A DNA stretch of 64,000 bases from Eledone cirrhosa (GCA_964016885.1 OZ024741.1:33356001-33420000); one strand, 5' to 3'. Numbered from the stretch's first letter, positions 40,331 to 55,716 are shown. Notes: generated from the sequence alone by a model not told the origin. Numbers and translations are program-made.

Positions 40331-40658
40331 TAGCAGAGAAAGAAGACAACACGTCTGTAGATGAGACGTAAGAGTGTATTACTGAGCAGCTTCATGTCAA
40401 TAAGTCATGTTGGGTTTTTTCTATGGGTAAGCTAAAGTGCCTATATATGTACGGGCAGCACCGTTCCAGCCGTAGGAGCGGTTTCCATTAAGACTTTGTA
40501 GAATGTTAGTAGCTATTGAAGAAATATCTATTTTCTAGTTCTCAAGAGAAGGGCCTGCTCTTGGGGTTGTATCTTTTGCTATGTTAAAGACGTACGTTTA
40601 CCATTGGCATTAAACCGATCTAAAATTTCCCACTTTATATATATTATATATATATAAA

Positions 40659-40800
<142 letters not shown>

Positions 40801-41563
40801 GAGAGAGAGAAAAAGAGCCATATTTCTTTAGAGAAACAAATTATTTTGTTTTATATATATGTATTTTGTACATATATATAAAACATATATTTAGGAATGC
40901 TCTGGACAAACGGTTTAATGCCGGAGGCATAAAAGCCAACACAATTCTGTGATCTTACTTCCAATAAACTGTTCAATAAAAGCTATGCCACGTGGGTGGA
41001 TATATATAGGAAAATTAACAAAGAGAGGAGCAGACAACGAACAAAAACCAAGCAAAGCGAAAAACAATTATTTAAGGTGAAACCTCAACAATTTCTTTTT
41101 TTAAATAAAAATAAAAAAGAAAGACACAGAACTCCAGGGTCATCGACCGTTAAGATGTACCTTGGCAGTTCCGACCTCTACCAACAGTACTGGTAGTCCA
41201 ACCGGGGTCACAGCGTCTGACACAAGCCAAAATGCTGTCCATGGAGTAAGAAACGAGACAAAACAATAATTTATAGCAGTTTTTGCCTTGTTTTCGTTCG
41301 TTGTCCTCGCTTTTTTAAAATGTATCATTACTAACCTGTGATGAACGTGTTCGCATTTGTCCCCATTAACTTCAATGACTCATATATATCAAGAATGTTT
41401 TGAAACAGCGAACAAGTTTGAAATTAGAAATAGAAGCTTTCAACGTATTTTCGACTAAAGAAATTTTAGCCAGTACGTCAATACTCATCTTTTTCCATTT
41501 CTTAGATGGTTCTAAACCTCACTATCAGGCTAAAATTTCTTTAGTCAAAAATACGGCGAAAGC

Positions 41564-42089
<526 letters not shown>

Positions 42090-42470
42090 GCTGCCAACTC
42101 GTTTTCGAGTACGGCCACTACTTTATATCCATGTAGGAGAACCCCTACCGATGCGCTGAACGAGTGTAACTTTTTAGTCCAGCCAGCGACTTGAAAACTC
42201 TGGTACAAACACTACACTTGTGACAATTATTGACACATAGTGCTGGGCCCATGGTACCATGTGACGACAAGTGCAGAGAGATCTCCAGATATAAAGCAAT
42301 GCCTGTGCCGTGAAGCTTTTATAGTGAGCAAAGGCACTGCACAAAGCCAGTCCCACTCTCTTAACCAAGATGATATTTAACAAAAAGAAGAACAAGTCAA
42401 CATCATTGGATTCCATCAGGGTTGCAGGTGTTACATCAGAGTTTTTCTTCTCCTAGAATACTGCCTTGAC
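42090..42470 (+). repeat. dispersed repeat of about 380 bp, near-identical to 49118-49499
   Basis: Direct alignment by eye. Both copies follow a microsatellite and end at CTGCCTTGACA. Confidence 0.9.
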
Positions 42471-42476
42471 ACACAT

Positions 42477-42685
42477 ATAAGGAAAAGAAATCAAAAATGC
42501 AACTGTAGTCTTTTGAAGAATATTTATTTATTTCCTTTACCGTTTCACATTTCTTATGCTTTTCAAAAATAAAATGGAGATGGAGACAAACCACAAACCC
42601 CCCATTTCTGTGAAACTGGCAAAGGAAATAAATAAATATTATTCTTAAAAAGACTCCAGTTGCATTTCCGATTTATTTTCCTTAT
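42477..42685. mobile_element. fold-back element with degenerate U3-A8 hammerhead
   Basis: Arms about 42477-42548 / 42610-42685. Minus strand TTGAAAA-GCAT aagaa ATGT-GAAACGGTA-AA at 42568-42534. Confidence 0.7.
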
Positions 42686-42766
42686 ACTTTCACCTGTGTA
42701 GGACATCTCGTTTTTTTATTTTTCCTTTGTTTTTTTTTTATTTAAGAAAACTCATTTTCTTATATA

Positions 42767-42889
<123 letters not shown>

Positions 42890-42904
42890 TTATGATGACT
42901 GCAA

Positions 42905-43378
42905 ACTCTGCTAAGAGTATGTCAGATTACAGAAAATGGTGCACTTTTATGCTACGGCCAGCCACACGAACTGTAACAGATCCTGAACAAGCAATGCCTC
43001 TCCTTTGAAGGTTTTTAAGTGGGGAAAGGCCTTGCACTCCCACTCTCCGAGCATCGAAAACACTACACGAAAAGGAGAACTGGTCAACACCATCGGATGC
43101 TTCCGAAGCCGCAGGTTTTTTTTAGAGTTTCTCTCTCTTGTGACAAAAACTGGGAGCCTTTCACTCCCAGGTAAAAAAGAAAAAAAAATGTGCATGGCCG
43201 TCAACTCTGCCGAGTTCCTCCACCCTTTGCCGAGTCTTATATTTTATCCCGCGGGGTGTCCAAATATCACCCTCCTTACGAAGCAAGCTTGGAGGGGTTG
43301 CCAGTTTAGTCGCCAACGACCCGACCATGAGACAGGTTGTACTGGGTTACATGTTACCAGCGGCACTCGAGAGTGACC
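42905..43378 (-). mobile_element. 5' end of a repeat family (probable LINE 5' UTR); related copies at 16141(+), 47218(-), 48395-48436(-), 49530-49580(-)
   Basis: Shared GGTCA start, TGGTCGG..TAAAC..GC motif and AAAGGG.GGAGGAACTC..AGAGT..A.GGCCAT block. Confidence 0.55.
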
Positions 43379-43379
43379 T

Positions 43380-43495
<116 letters not shown>

Positions 43496-43624
43496 GATAA
43501 ATCTACCAAAATATACGGTAGTGTCCAATCCGTATGAAGAACTCAATGTAATCCAAATATCATGAAAAGAGAAGATGTATTAAAAAATATTTTCGATGAA
43601 AATCACAGGAAAACAGAGTCAAGA

Positions 43625-43854
43625 TAAATAAATAAAAACAAAGAAACAGTTCCTTATATTAAAACATTTTCAACATTTTACGATCGTTTCTAGGATATAT
43701 ATATGTGTGTTGGTATGTATATCATATAGATCTATGTAAACATTTTACAAACTATCAGAGGGTATATACATACCTACACATATATATGCTGTCTTCGATG
43801 AAAATGTTTTAATATAAGGAACTGTTTCTTTGTTTTTATTCATTGTTTTTATTA

Positions 43855-43858
<4 letters not shown>
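43625..43858. mobile_element. fold-back element with hammerhead 3' half
   Basis: Arms 43630-43671 / 43799-43840, inner arms 43696-43722 / 43764-43787. Minus strand GAAAC-GATC-GTA at 43690-43679. Confidence 0.7.
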
Positions 43859-43937
<79 letters not shown>

Positions 43938-43941
<4 letters not shown>

Positions 43942-44035
43942 GTGTCCCCAAAAATGTATACATACTTTGATTACCTTTACAGGCAATGTTTGTTAAAATG
44001 CTGTTGAAGTGTGTATACATTTTTGGGACATCCTG
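43938..44035. mobile_element. 98-bp Tc1/mariner MITE
   Basis: TA-CAGAGTGTCCCCAAAAATGTATACA ... TGTATACATTTTTGGGACATCCTG-TA. Confidence 0.85.
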
Positions 44036-46667
44036 TATTTATATATGAACTGATCATGTCACTTTGCTGTTGACAGAGACAAGGTTCGCCTAATTGCAAT
44101 TGATGGATGTTTTTGAAGTTCCTGTTCTGTGCAGATTTAGTTTGGGTTTTCTAGGTTGCACGTGGAAGATAACTTTGTGTCGAATTTTAAAGGGAAATGA
44201 CAGGTGATATCATCTTGGTATAATTGGGCGTTGCTGGAGAAGACGGTGTGTAGAAAGAGGGAGGGAGATCAAAACCAGGGGTGATAGAGTGTAGTTGATA
44301 GATTAGCGATAGTGTTGGTGATAATAAAGATGTTCTTTATCAAACCAGATCCTATAGACATCTTATTAAAAGCAATCCAGTCGTAGGTGTGATTTTAGGG
44401 AGATATGGCTGCTATTTCTAGTAGTTTAGTGACTGTGTGGCGGTGCCTCCATTGCTTCAAACATACAGATATAGTCATATGCTTTGAGCAAATCAAATTA
44501 CATAAGCATTGTCTGAAGAAGGAAGGTGATTTATGGTCTTCAATATAACAAGACGCACAATAGAATTCTCATCACGTTCCGCAATAATCTCTCGAGAAGC
44601 GGTCAATTTTGTATATAGAACCACGCTCAATGACTATATAAATATACAATCTTATACACGTGCGTATTGATTCTTTCATCACTACTTCAGCTCGCACAGT
44701 AAAGTTTATGCTTCAATGATAAACTCATAAGACAATAAAAATATTTCCGGAGTTGTCTTCCATGATGAAATAAAATGAAAATAAAAAAAAACTAAGACTC
44801 AAGGCCACACATCTTACGGGGTTGAGAATAGGTGATTGCATCAACTTCAATGTTTGACTGGTATTTATCTTACTGAGACCCAGAAAGATGAACGATAGAG
44901 TTGATCTCAAGTGGTATTTGAACGTAGAACTTAAAAAGAATATAACTAACATACCACGACGTATTTACTGAGACCTTCACATTCGCTATCTTCAGATGGA
45001 ACAAAACTGTTTTGGGGCCATCTCCTCGGCGAGGAGATGGTCTTGTCAAAATTCAAATTCAAAGGAATTTAGTGTTTTTTTTTGGGGGGGGGGGTTAGGT
45101 AGGAGCTTCAGATACTCACAATATCTGGGCTAATGTATCAACGGGCCCCCTTTAAGGCCCTGACCATTATCATATGTACTGTCCCATGAGCTTAATATTT
45201 TATTGTCACCAAATGAATGCCTGATGCGACATGCCATATTGTATAAATAGTTTTAGACAAAGATATTAATTAACTTTGCTTTACTTGATATTGTGCAGTC
45301 AGTTATAGAAATAGAACGCTACTTTTCCAAGTTTTCTATATTAGTTATATATGGACTATAACAGAAACAACTCCTACACAGATAAACGTTGAACATTGCT
45401 CTCTTCTACGATTTACAGTCAGGGTTCAGCTTCGAGAAATATATAATGAACGACTAATTGAAAGAGCACAGAACATGTCAGCTGACAGCAATTTACGTTC
45501 AAAAAGATTAATTTTGATTGAACATGCTTTGAGAAGAATAAATATACTACTAGCCATTCTTTTGATTCACTGAAATAAGATTACAGAAACTTAAGTTCTG
45601 AAACTAATAAGGATCTAGTCAGTTGCAAATTTCGTTTTCTGGAGAAAAAAAAATCCTAAACCGTTAAATAAATAAATATTGTTGCTTCTGATCGAGACGA
45701 AGCGAGAATGTATTTGAATTCATATAAACATGAAATAATTCATCGGTAGAACAGTCGTTAAAACAGCATTTAGCTGTTTTTAATGGCTCATTTTTACATA
45801 AACTGTTAATTGCAAGAACGGAAATTTTCTCAGCATTTTATCGTGTAGGGGGTGAGGGTTAAAGACATATTTATTAAATTTATAAGGATCAAGAGATATT
45901 TAATGTCAGATTTAGGAACATTGATAAAATTGCCATGGATTAGAAATCAGAAGTAAAATAGGATTGACCGGTGTTGAGTGAAAATTATTTTTCTAACTTC
46001 TAATCTTATCATCACGGGAAAAATTATATTTACATGGTTGCACATGCAATTAAATTTTCATCTCAGCCAATTTATTGACTCATTAAAACTTTTTCGTATA
46101 TTTCGTAGATTTCTAATGTGCTTGTCTATTGTGTATATTTGTGTGTGGAATGGAATATATTAAACATATATTTACCTCATAATATTTTATAGGTCAGAAA
46201 ACAAATTTGTCGATGCTAAGTTCTGGTGTTTGTAACATTTTCTTTAAATGACAATATTTGTATTAAAATGTCAAGTGATTTTGACGTGTATTATTAATAG
46301 TGGGAATAATGGTTGTCTTTACATATTTATAATATGTATTATGTGTATGTTAATAAAGCCGAAAGAAAACTTTGTGGGGGGATGTGGGTTGTGTGATTTA
46401 ACATCGCGTATAGATAAATCTGCATGGCTGTTATTTCATACGGAAAGCATAGCAACGAGGAAACAAGCCTCATGATGGATGCAGACTTCGCATAACAAAT
46501 TCTGTTCACAAAGAAATGGTATACAAGAAGCTATGTTAGAAGATACTTGCTCACACTGCCGCACCGAGGGATCGAACTTGGAACCACGTGGTTGTGAAGC
46601 AAGCTTCTAAACTACAGACCGATGTGTGTGCCTGCAATAAAATATTTCTGGTTTTCATGTCAAATTA

Positions 46668-46735
<68 letters not shown>

Positions 46736-46808
46736 ATATCTATCTATCTATCTCTCTCTCTCTCACACACACACACATATATACATACACGCGCAAACAC
46801 ACTCTCAC

Positions 46809-46851
<43 letters not shown>

Positions 46852-47225
46852 CAGTATACACATACATACACACATACAACCCAATCCAATCCATGGCTTT
46901 CTCACTTCGGTTGGAAGATCCTTCCCTGGTTAACTTCGATCACTTTCTGTGTGGTTTTTGGTGATGTCAGGGGTGTAGCTGTACTCACCACGCTTGGCCA
47001 GTTGCGGGCTGGTGAAGCTATGTAACTCATAGTTAAAGTGGATGGCCGTTGACTCTGAGGAGATCATCCACCGTTTTTACAGCTCTTGTTTTTTGTGCTG
47101 CTGGGTTCCCCTTACCCTACCCAACAAACTAGGGTCTGGAAGGGGGGCTGGTTTAATCTCCGACCACACGACTATGAAGCAAATTCTACTGGTACCAGTA
47201 GCAGGAAGAAGCCTGACCTGATATG

Positions 47226-47325
<100 letters not shown>

Positions 47326-47693
47326 ATCGCTTAAATTACCGCCCCATAGTCTGTGAAAACATCACGGAATTGGTGCCTCAATCTGTTCTTGCAGGATTAT
47401 TGTGTCAATAATAGCATCATAACAACTGAGCAAGCAGGGGAAAACTAAGGATATCTGGGTGTGGATAGAATCGCTACTATGAGACAAGAAACAATAACAG
47501 AAGAACCACATGATAGTATACCGCAGTAACTGCTATCAAACGCCCGACAAAGACTTTGTGCACCATGTTGCTTTTTAGAGGTGATAAGAAGAAAATTTAG
47601 TCTAATACCATACACTACTAAAAAGGCATCTTGCAAGATGATAACTTGTCAGTTGTGCTCTTTGTCCTCTTGTTAACTCCATTATCATATCAA

Positions 47694-47870
47694 GGGCGGT
47701 GGATTGGCAGTATCGGTAGAGGGTCGGACGCCATGCTTTGCAGCAAAGAGTTACGGCCCTTTATGGTCTGAGTTCAAATCCCGCCGAGGTTAACTTTGCC
47801 TTTCATCCTTACGGGGTCGATAAAATAAAGTACCGGTAATACACTGAGATAATTGCTGCCCTTGTGCCAA
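47694..47870 (+). mobile_element. SINE family A
   Basis: Close to the family consensus. Confidence 0.88.
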
Positions 47871-48529
47871 CTATCATACCTGCTTACAATGTGATCATAG
47901 AAATTGATCCAGAAGAACCTCCACCTTTTCTTTATCGATGACCTGAAGTCGTATGAGCCAAATATCAATCACATGAAAAAGCTATTAGGCCTTATTACCA
48001 AATTCACCTCAGACATTGGAATGAAATTTGTTTTTATGAATACATGATGGCTGCAACTCGATTCCATGTAATGCCATTGCTTGATACTTAAGCATGAACA
48101 TCATGAATGTGTTTTTTTAGTCCTGCTCGGGACTTACTTATGGCCAGCAATATCATGCATCGCAGAAATTGTCATATCAAGCGATGCCTGTGCTTGGAGC
48201 TTTTTACAGTGCGGAAAGGCCTTGCACGGGGCCAATCCCGCTCTCTGAACATCGAATGCATTTGCTCAAAAGGAAGAACTGGTCTACACCATTGGATGCA
48301 AACGAAGTGGCAGGTTTTATATCAGAGTGACTTTCTCCTGGAGAGATGTCTTAAGGAAGATTAAGAGTCTCTCGCTCTACGGAAAAAAACTTTCTTGGAT
48401 GGCCATTGAATCTCCTGAGTTCCTCCGCCTTTTGACATACATTCATACATACATACATACACACACACACACCTACGTACATACATGCATACATACATAC
48501 ATACATACATACATACATACATACATACA

Positions 48530-48560
<31 letters not shown>

Positions 48561-49030
48561 CAAAGATTAGCGAAAAGGAGAATATTTATGCAGAGCTAAT
48601 GAGAAATCTGCAGATACTCCACCCTGACTATACATTCAGATTTATGCCTGTGATTATTGGTAACTACCTAAATACAAATCTTGAGAAGCTGGGTTTCACA
48701 GGAACAGAAAGAACACAACTAGTTAGGAAATTACAAGTACAATCCTTTAATGGAACAGTAAAAATATGTAAAACATTCCAAAAATTTTGCATCTAGTAAC
48801 TGCATATACACATGTACAGATACAAAGCGTATACACATGGACACATACAACTCAAAACATCCACATCCACACATACAATAACATCCATATCTACACATGC
48901 ATGCATGCAGACATGCATACATATCTACCTAGTTGATGTTGTGTAAATTCCAATGAGAGAGTATTGTGTCTATGTTAGAAACCGACTCTCTCTCTATTGG
49001 CAAAAATTTGTGAAATTATAAAACCAGAAT
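47871..49030 (+). mobile_element. fragments of an R4/Dong-like LINE (RT piece about 47900-48035, RLE C-terminus + 3' UTR 48560-49030)
   Basis: LHLFFIDDLKSY..QFTSDIGMKF and EKENIYAELMRNLQ..FMPVIIG..GTVKICKTF. Confidence 0.7.
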
Positions 49031-49117
49031 AATATACATACATACACACATACATACATACACACACATACATACATACATACATACATACATACATACA
49101 TACATACATACATGGTG

Positions 49118-49499
49118 GCTGCCAACTCGTTTTCGAGTACGGCCACTACTTTATATCCGTGTAGGAGAACCCCTACCGATGCGCTGAACAAGTGTGACTT
49201 TTTAGTCCAGCCAGCGACTTGAAAACTCTGGTACAAACACTACACCTGTGACAATTATTGACACATAGTGCTGGGCCCATGGTACCATGTGATGACAAGT
49301 GCAGAGAGATCTCCAGATACAAAGCAATGCCTGTGCCGTGAAGCTTTTATAGTGAGCAAAGGCACTGCACAAAGCCAGTCCCACTCTCTTAACCAAGATG
49401 ATATTTACCAAAAAGAAGAACAAGTCAACATCATTGGATACCATCAGAGTTGCAGATGTTATTTCAGAGTTTTCCTTCTCCTAGAATTCTGCCTTGACA
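49118..49499 (+). repeat. second copy of the 380-bp dispersed repeat
   Basis: Matches 42090-42470. Confidence 0.9.
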
Positions 49500-49701
49500 A
49501 AGGCTAAGGGGTCATCTCTCCCGGTGATTTTGGATGGCCATTGACTCTTAAGAGCTCCTTTGCCCTTTGACAGGTTTTGTACATACATACACACATACAT
49601 ACATACACATACATACATACATACATACATACATACATACATGCACACATACATACATACACAGATACATACATACATAAATACACACATACATACATAC
49701 A

Positions 49702-49833
<132 letters not shown>

Positions 49834-50321
49834 TAAATACATACATACATATATATATACATACAAACCGTGTTTGTTAGTATGTGGGTGGGTGGATATT
49901 TGTATGTGTCAGTACATATTATTTGAAATGCCAAGAAAATTAAGAAATATATTATAATTAATTCAACTAAATTATTAATGTGTTGAAGTTTTCCTAAGTT
50001 GTGTATTTATATATTAATGAGCGCCATAACACATTTGGTTTTAATAATTAATGTAAGTATAGACTTCCTAATCAGACGACCTCGTACAAAGACAGAAATC
50101 TGTACAGAATATAAACAACACATGTCATTATATTTACACTAATGTTGCTGCTTATAAACGAATTTTGGTTGTCTTTTAAGCTAAATTATAACCTCTTTCA
50201 AACCATTTTATTTCAGACATTTAGTCAAGTTTCTTGACTACTAATCTGGGAAGCAATTTATTTAAAGCAAAATATCGCATTATATATATGTGTGTGTGTA
50301 TATATATAAAGAGAGAGAGAG

Positions 50322-50355
<34 letters not shown>

Positions 50356-51267
50356 GGGTAGCAATAGGAAGTCAGTTTTGCAGCTTGTTATGAAACTTGA
50401 TTGCATATTACAACTGTTTCGATATAGATCAGCTCGTGTTTGATCAGGCCATCGGATCCCGACTCTTAAGCGACACCTCCTCAAATATGCGAGTTTACAT
50501 GGGTGGTCACACTCATGTAAACTCCCATACCTCAAACAAATAAAGTAGTGCATCTCTAGATCTCTTCAGCCACCTTCAGGCATGAAATTTAGCGCATATA
50601 CACCCGTTTATTCTTTTTATCGGTTGGCTTATCGTTTTCAGTGCTTTTCGTTAATTATATTTGTCTGAGTCCTCAGTCTGTTGCTCACCTTATCTAATGG
50701 CTGAGTTTATCTTATGCTACATTCTATTTAAAGCAGATTCTTTTCGTTTGGAAGTAAATAACACAAGCTATGCACACTTCTTTACAAACGCATGCACAAA
50801 TACAGTGACATGTGCAGAAATCTCTCTACCTCCTTCCCTCACTCACTCACTCACTCTCTTTTTCTCTCTCACACCCTGGGTGGATGGGTAGGTAGGTAGA
50901 CAAGGAGGCAGACAGACAGATATATAGAATGGTACGGAAAGAAAGAAAGACTACAGACAAAACGTTGATATTAGAAAGTCGTACTAAGGTGTAGCTGTAA
51001 GTGAAGAAGATCAGTTAAGATAAGATAACATAGGTGGAGGCTGGAGTGATAAGAACGATAAGAAAATATATAAGATAAGGATGAGGTTAGTGGGAATGAA
51101 TGATGGGAGAAGGGGCGATGAAAGATTCTGGAGATAAATAAATAAGTCAGTGTAAAACGAAACTTTGATTACATTTTACATTTAGTCGGGCCATAGATGG
51201 TGCTTTAAATAGTACACTGGCATGGCTGGGTGGAGCTTGTGGTGATGGTCACACGACAGGAATTGGA

Positions 51268-51582
51268 ATGGTTGTCATATTGGACAAAAGTACAATGCCA
51301 CAAGGTGTTGCTGGAATATGTGTATATATATGTATATGTATATACGTATATGTATGTATGTATGTATGTGTATGTATGTGTATGTATGTATGTATGTATT
51401 TATTTATTTATTTATGTATGTATGTAAGTACAGCACATACATACATACATAAATAAATACATACATACATACATACACATACATACACATACATACATAC
51501 ATATACGTATATACATATACATATATATACATATTCCAGCAACACCTTGTGGCATTGTACTTTTGTCCAATATGACAACCAT
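51268..51582. repeat. inverted duplication (arms of about 150 bp) including microsatellite sequence
   Basis: ATGGTTGTCATATTGGACAAAAGTACAATGCCACAAGGTGTTGCTGGAATATG and its exact reverse complement. Centre about 51430. Confidence 0.92.
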
Positions 51583-51730
51583 ATATATATATATATGAAT
51601 GTGTAATAAGCTTATGTTACTGTTGGTTCACCAACTTGAACACTGGATACGTAGGTGAGTCGGTTTAAGTACAGCACATACATACATACATACATACATA
51701 CATACATACATACATACATACATACATACA

Positions 51731-51782
<52 letters not shown>

Positions 51783-51887
51783 CATAGTGGAAGCCAATTC
51801 ATGACCGAGTTACGGCCACTTCTCAGAAAACAAAACAGACAATGGGTAAAACGTGTGGTGTCGGCAGTGACTTGCGTGTCATACCAC

Positions 51888-52270
51888 ACATACATACATA
51901 CATACATTTTTCTAGGGCGGGTAAAATTCCCGAGATCCATGGACGAGTTCTCTCCAACGGTCTCTGTCCCTCATTATCTCTGCCATGTCCTGTGTCTCCA
52001 ACAGACCAGTGTCTGTCCTTAGGGCATCAACATACGTTAACCTTGGTCTCCCTCTTCCACTGTGTCCATGTAGGGGCTCCCACAGGAGCACTGAGTGCAA
52101 TATCAACTATGGATGTCGGTGAGCATGTTCAGCTAACCACAGTCTCCTCTGTGTCACGTTTGAGCTGACTTTTGGGAGGCTCCCATACAGCTGTGAGTTT
52201 TTCATCCTCAGTGTATACTGATTATCAGAGCCATCCTCAGCATTCTCGTGTAGCACCGATAACACCGATA
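51888..52270 (-). mobile_element. RTE-type LINE 3' end with (TATG)n tail
   Basis: YTRMLRMAL, LLWEPLHGHSGRGRPRLTYVDAL..MRDRDRWRELV. Confidence 0.8.
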
Positions 52271-52359
52271 ATTTATACCAAATTGAGAGGAGTACCTACT
52301 ACTAATTATTACTTCATGCTGTTTATTACGGGAGACTGTTCGGTGTGTAACTAATGACA

Positions 52360-53830
52360 TCAATAACGTTGATTTAAAAATCACTTCGGAACTAAACAAA
52401 CCAGGACCGAACTGAACCTTTGGATCCTGTTACTCCTTATTTTACTCTGAAGGATCGCAAACCGATTTTCGATAACAATCCATCTATTCAACTCATTAAA
52501 CTCACTACGTCTGATTTACGTAGGCGTAGTAAATGGATTTTAGATAGAATTATCCCAAAATTAGAAATATGGCCCCTTCAGCCTTGTGGAACAATTTTTT
52601 TCGCAGTGATTGATTGGTTCAAGGAAATGCATTACAAGGGCCACTGCCGCTTTATCCAATTCGACATCAACAACTATTATTCACCTTACTACTCCTTCTA
52701 AGATCTATTAATTTCGGCAAAACGCTTCCGGAAATTAATGATTTCGAAATTGATGTCAACTTAAATACTCGTAAGTCTGCGATAAATCTTTTTGACAACT
52801 CTATTTGGCTAAAAAAATCAAATAGTACCCCTTTCAACGTGAGCATGGGGCGCCAACTATTCGGTGGAGGACACAGACCTCAATTGGTCTATTTTTACTT
52901 TTCTCTCTAGAATGAATTCACCAATATAGTTGGAGGTCTGTACTCTTATGATAGTCTTTTGACTATGATTAAGTGCGAACCACGTGATATTGATAGGTTC
53001 AAGTTGATGCAAACCTGTCTGTTGTAAATTTCCACGATGTGACACTCAATATATCGAATGGCCTGGACTACCCGTATAAAAAGTCCGATGATACGTTAAA
53101 TTACATCAGTAAGCATTCTAACGATCCAGCCAGCATAACTAAAAACCTGGTCAAGAACGTCTCATTTAGGCTTTCCTGTTTATCACCTAACGAGCATATT
53201 TTCACCGATCATTCCACATATTACAATGGAGATCTGGCTCGGGGTGGATTTCTAGATGAGGTAGAATAAACTAAGTACGAACAGAAAACTTTTAAAAAAT
53301 AGATCTAGACGCGTTACATGGTATAAACCACCATTTAATATGGAAGTGGCCACACCAATAGCTAAAGCTTTCTTTATATTAATTAGTACACAAATATTGC
53401 AACATTTTTAAAAGAAACACAGTTTAAATATCATATTCCACAACTGCCAACATCGCACACATCACTGCATCTAACGAAGTTAAATTACCTAGCCGTAGTA
53501 ATATAAACAATCCTGAACATAGTTCTAGTTGTAATTGTATCAATAGGGACTACTGCTCTTGAGCTGGGCAATGCCCTATCAAACAATATAGTTTATAAGT
53601 GTAAGGTTGATACACCCACTACTAGTAAGGCTTACATAGCATTAACTGCCAATAGATTTAAGCAGCGTTTATGCATTCTCATTCATTTCAAAATCATTTA
53701 AGAAGGAATATGATTTCATTTTCGGTCTATATCTGCAGTTTAAAAAACAACAACCGATGTAGCTTACACTGGGAGATCTTAGTTAAAGCTAGATCTTATA
53801 TGGAAATCATTTACGCCAACAAATGTATTT
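52360..53830 (+). mobile_element. degraded Penelope-like element (RT + GIY-YIG)
   Basis: FTLKDRKPIFDNNP, FIQFDINNYY, WLKK..FNVSMG, DVTLNI..PYKK..YISKHSNDP, TWYKPPFN, CNC..C, IVYKC..YI. Many stops and frameshifts. Confidence 0.88.
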
Positions 53831-54396
53831 TTAAAAAATATCTGAGGCTATTTCGGCTTGTAAACATAAACTGTATAAATATTACAGTCCCAAATTATAT
53901 CATAACAGATAGACTGGACAATACGCAGATGATATACGTCATGGTGTGGTAGCTAAGAGCAATCAAACTTAGACTCCGTTTATATATATGTATATGTATA
54001 TGTATGTGTGAATATATATATATATATGTGTACAGATGTACGTACATGTGCGTATGTATGTATATATATATATATGTGTGTGTGTGTGTGACTATGTGTG
54101 CATGTGTGAGTGTGAGAGAGTATGTGTGCATGTGTGTGTGTGTGTTTTTTTCATACTCTATATTTTTCATACATAAGCGAAACTGATTATAAAGCGAAAT
54201 TGATAATCTTCGTTCCAGTAATTCTTTGTTGAAATCGATCTTGGAACGTAGATTGTCAATCGATCACTGCCACAATTGTTATTATAAAGACACTTATAGA
54301 TTAATTTAGAGAGAGGGCGAGTGCAAAAGAAAAAGAGAGAGAGGAAAAAGAGGGTGAAAAAATGTAAGATACTGACAAAAGAAAATTAATGATATG

Positions 54397-54433
<37 letters not shown>

Positions 54434-54442
54434 TTGTATATG

Positions 54443-54475
<33 letters not shown>

Positions 54476-54478
54476 TTG

Positions 54479-54528
<50 letters not shown>

Positions 54529-54534
54529 TATATG

Positions 54535-54576
<42 letters not shown>

Positions 54577-54754
54577 TATATATATATATATGTGTGTGTG
54601 TGTGTTTGTATATGTGAGTTCCGTGTTTAATCGGGGGTGACCACAGGTAGTAACGAACTCAGTATATTAGTAGAGTATAAACATCATGTTTAATATAGAA
54701 ATGGCTTCTACAGGATTAGAACTGTTTCATTCAAAAGAAATCATCAGGAAGAGA

Positions 54755-54785
<31 letters not shown>

Positions 54786-55003
54786 CCTAGTTGAGACAGT
54801 AATTGTGTAAAAGAGAAAGGCAGATACAAAGAGAGCGAGTTCATTTTACTAACAGACCATATACCCAAACATTAAAAGGTATTGTCCCCACCCCACCATT
54901 CCTCCAGTTCCTAATTCCTCTTACGTCTACCTTGTCTTTGTCCCTATCTTACTCTTTCATACAATTTATATACTTGTATAATTTATTGTGTATTTAAATA
55001 AAC

Positions 55004-55031
55004 CCCGTCATTTTTACGGGTATCATGCTAG
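55004..55031 (+). mobile_element. Helitron-like 3' terminus
   Basis: Hairpin CCCGT-CATTTTT-ACGGG followed 7 nt later by CTAG and then T. Confidence 0.4.
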
Positions 55032-55065
55032 TATAAACATACATAAACACATACAAATGTGTATC

Positions 55066-55159
<94 letters not shown>

Positions 55160-55716
55160 TGTATAAGAGTTGTTCGAGTCCCAAATTGAATATTGTGGAA
55201 TTCATCATGGTTTCCGATCTAAGTTCAGGTGAGATGAACTCTCTTCCATCTTTTCAGCGTCGATACATTAGTTAGAAGTCCAATATTAGGATCAATTCAT
55301 CGTTCCACCATCTCTAATTTTCCCACTTCTATTCTTTGGAAGAAATCGGTTGTGGTCAGACATTTTGTGTTATACGACCGTATTTCTATTGAAATAGACT
55401 CATTTCAATTAATTAAAGAAAAATGTTGAGGGATATACTAAACTTGTCTATTATTTTATTATTAAGATAGTAAGTGAAAGGTTTCTTATATAAGATGATG
55501 TTGGAAGATTTTAATTTAAGTAGGAATTCTTCCAAACTGGTGGCTTTCTATATGGGCTCAGAGCCGGTTTTGGCCGGGTTTGTATAAAACGGGTTAAAAT
55601 TCCGGAGTATGACGTCACACTGCAGCTCCGCCAGGAATTGTATACGGAAGGAAGGCTGGATATATGTATGCATCTATATACAAAGCTTCCGTTAGTGTTT
55701 TTGGATTAAGTATATA

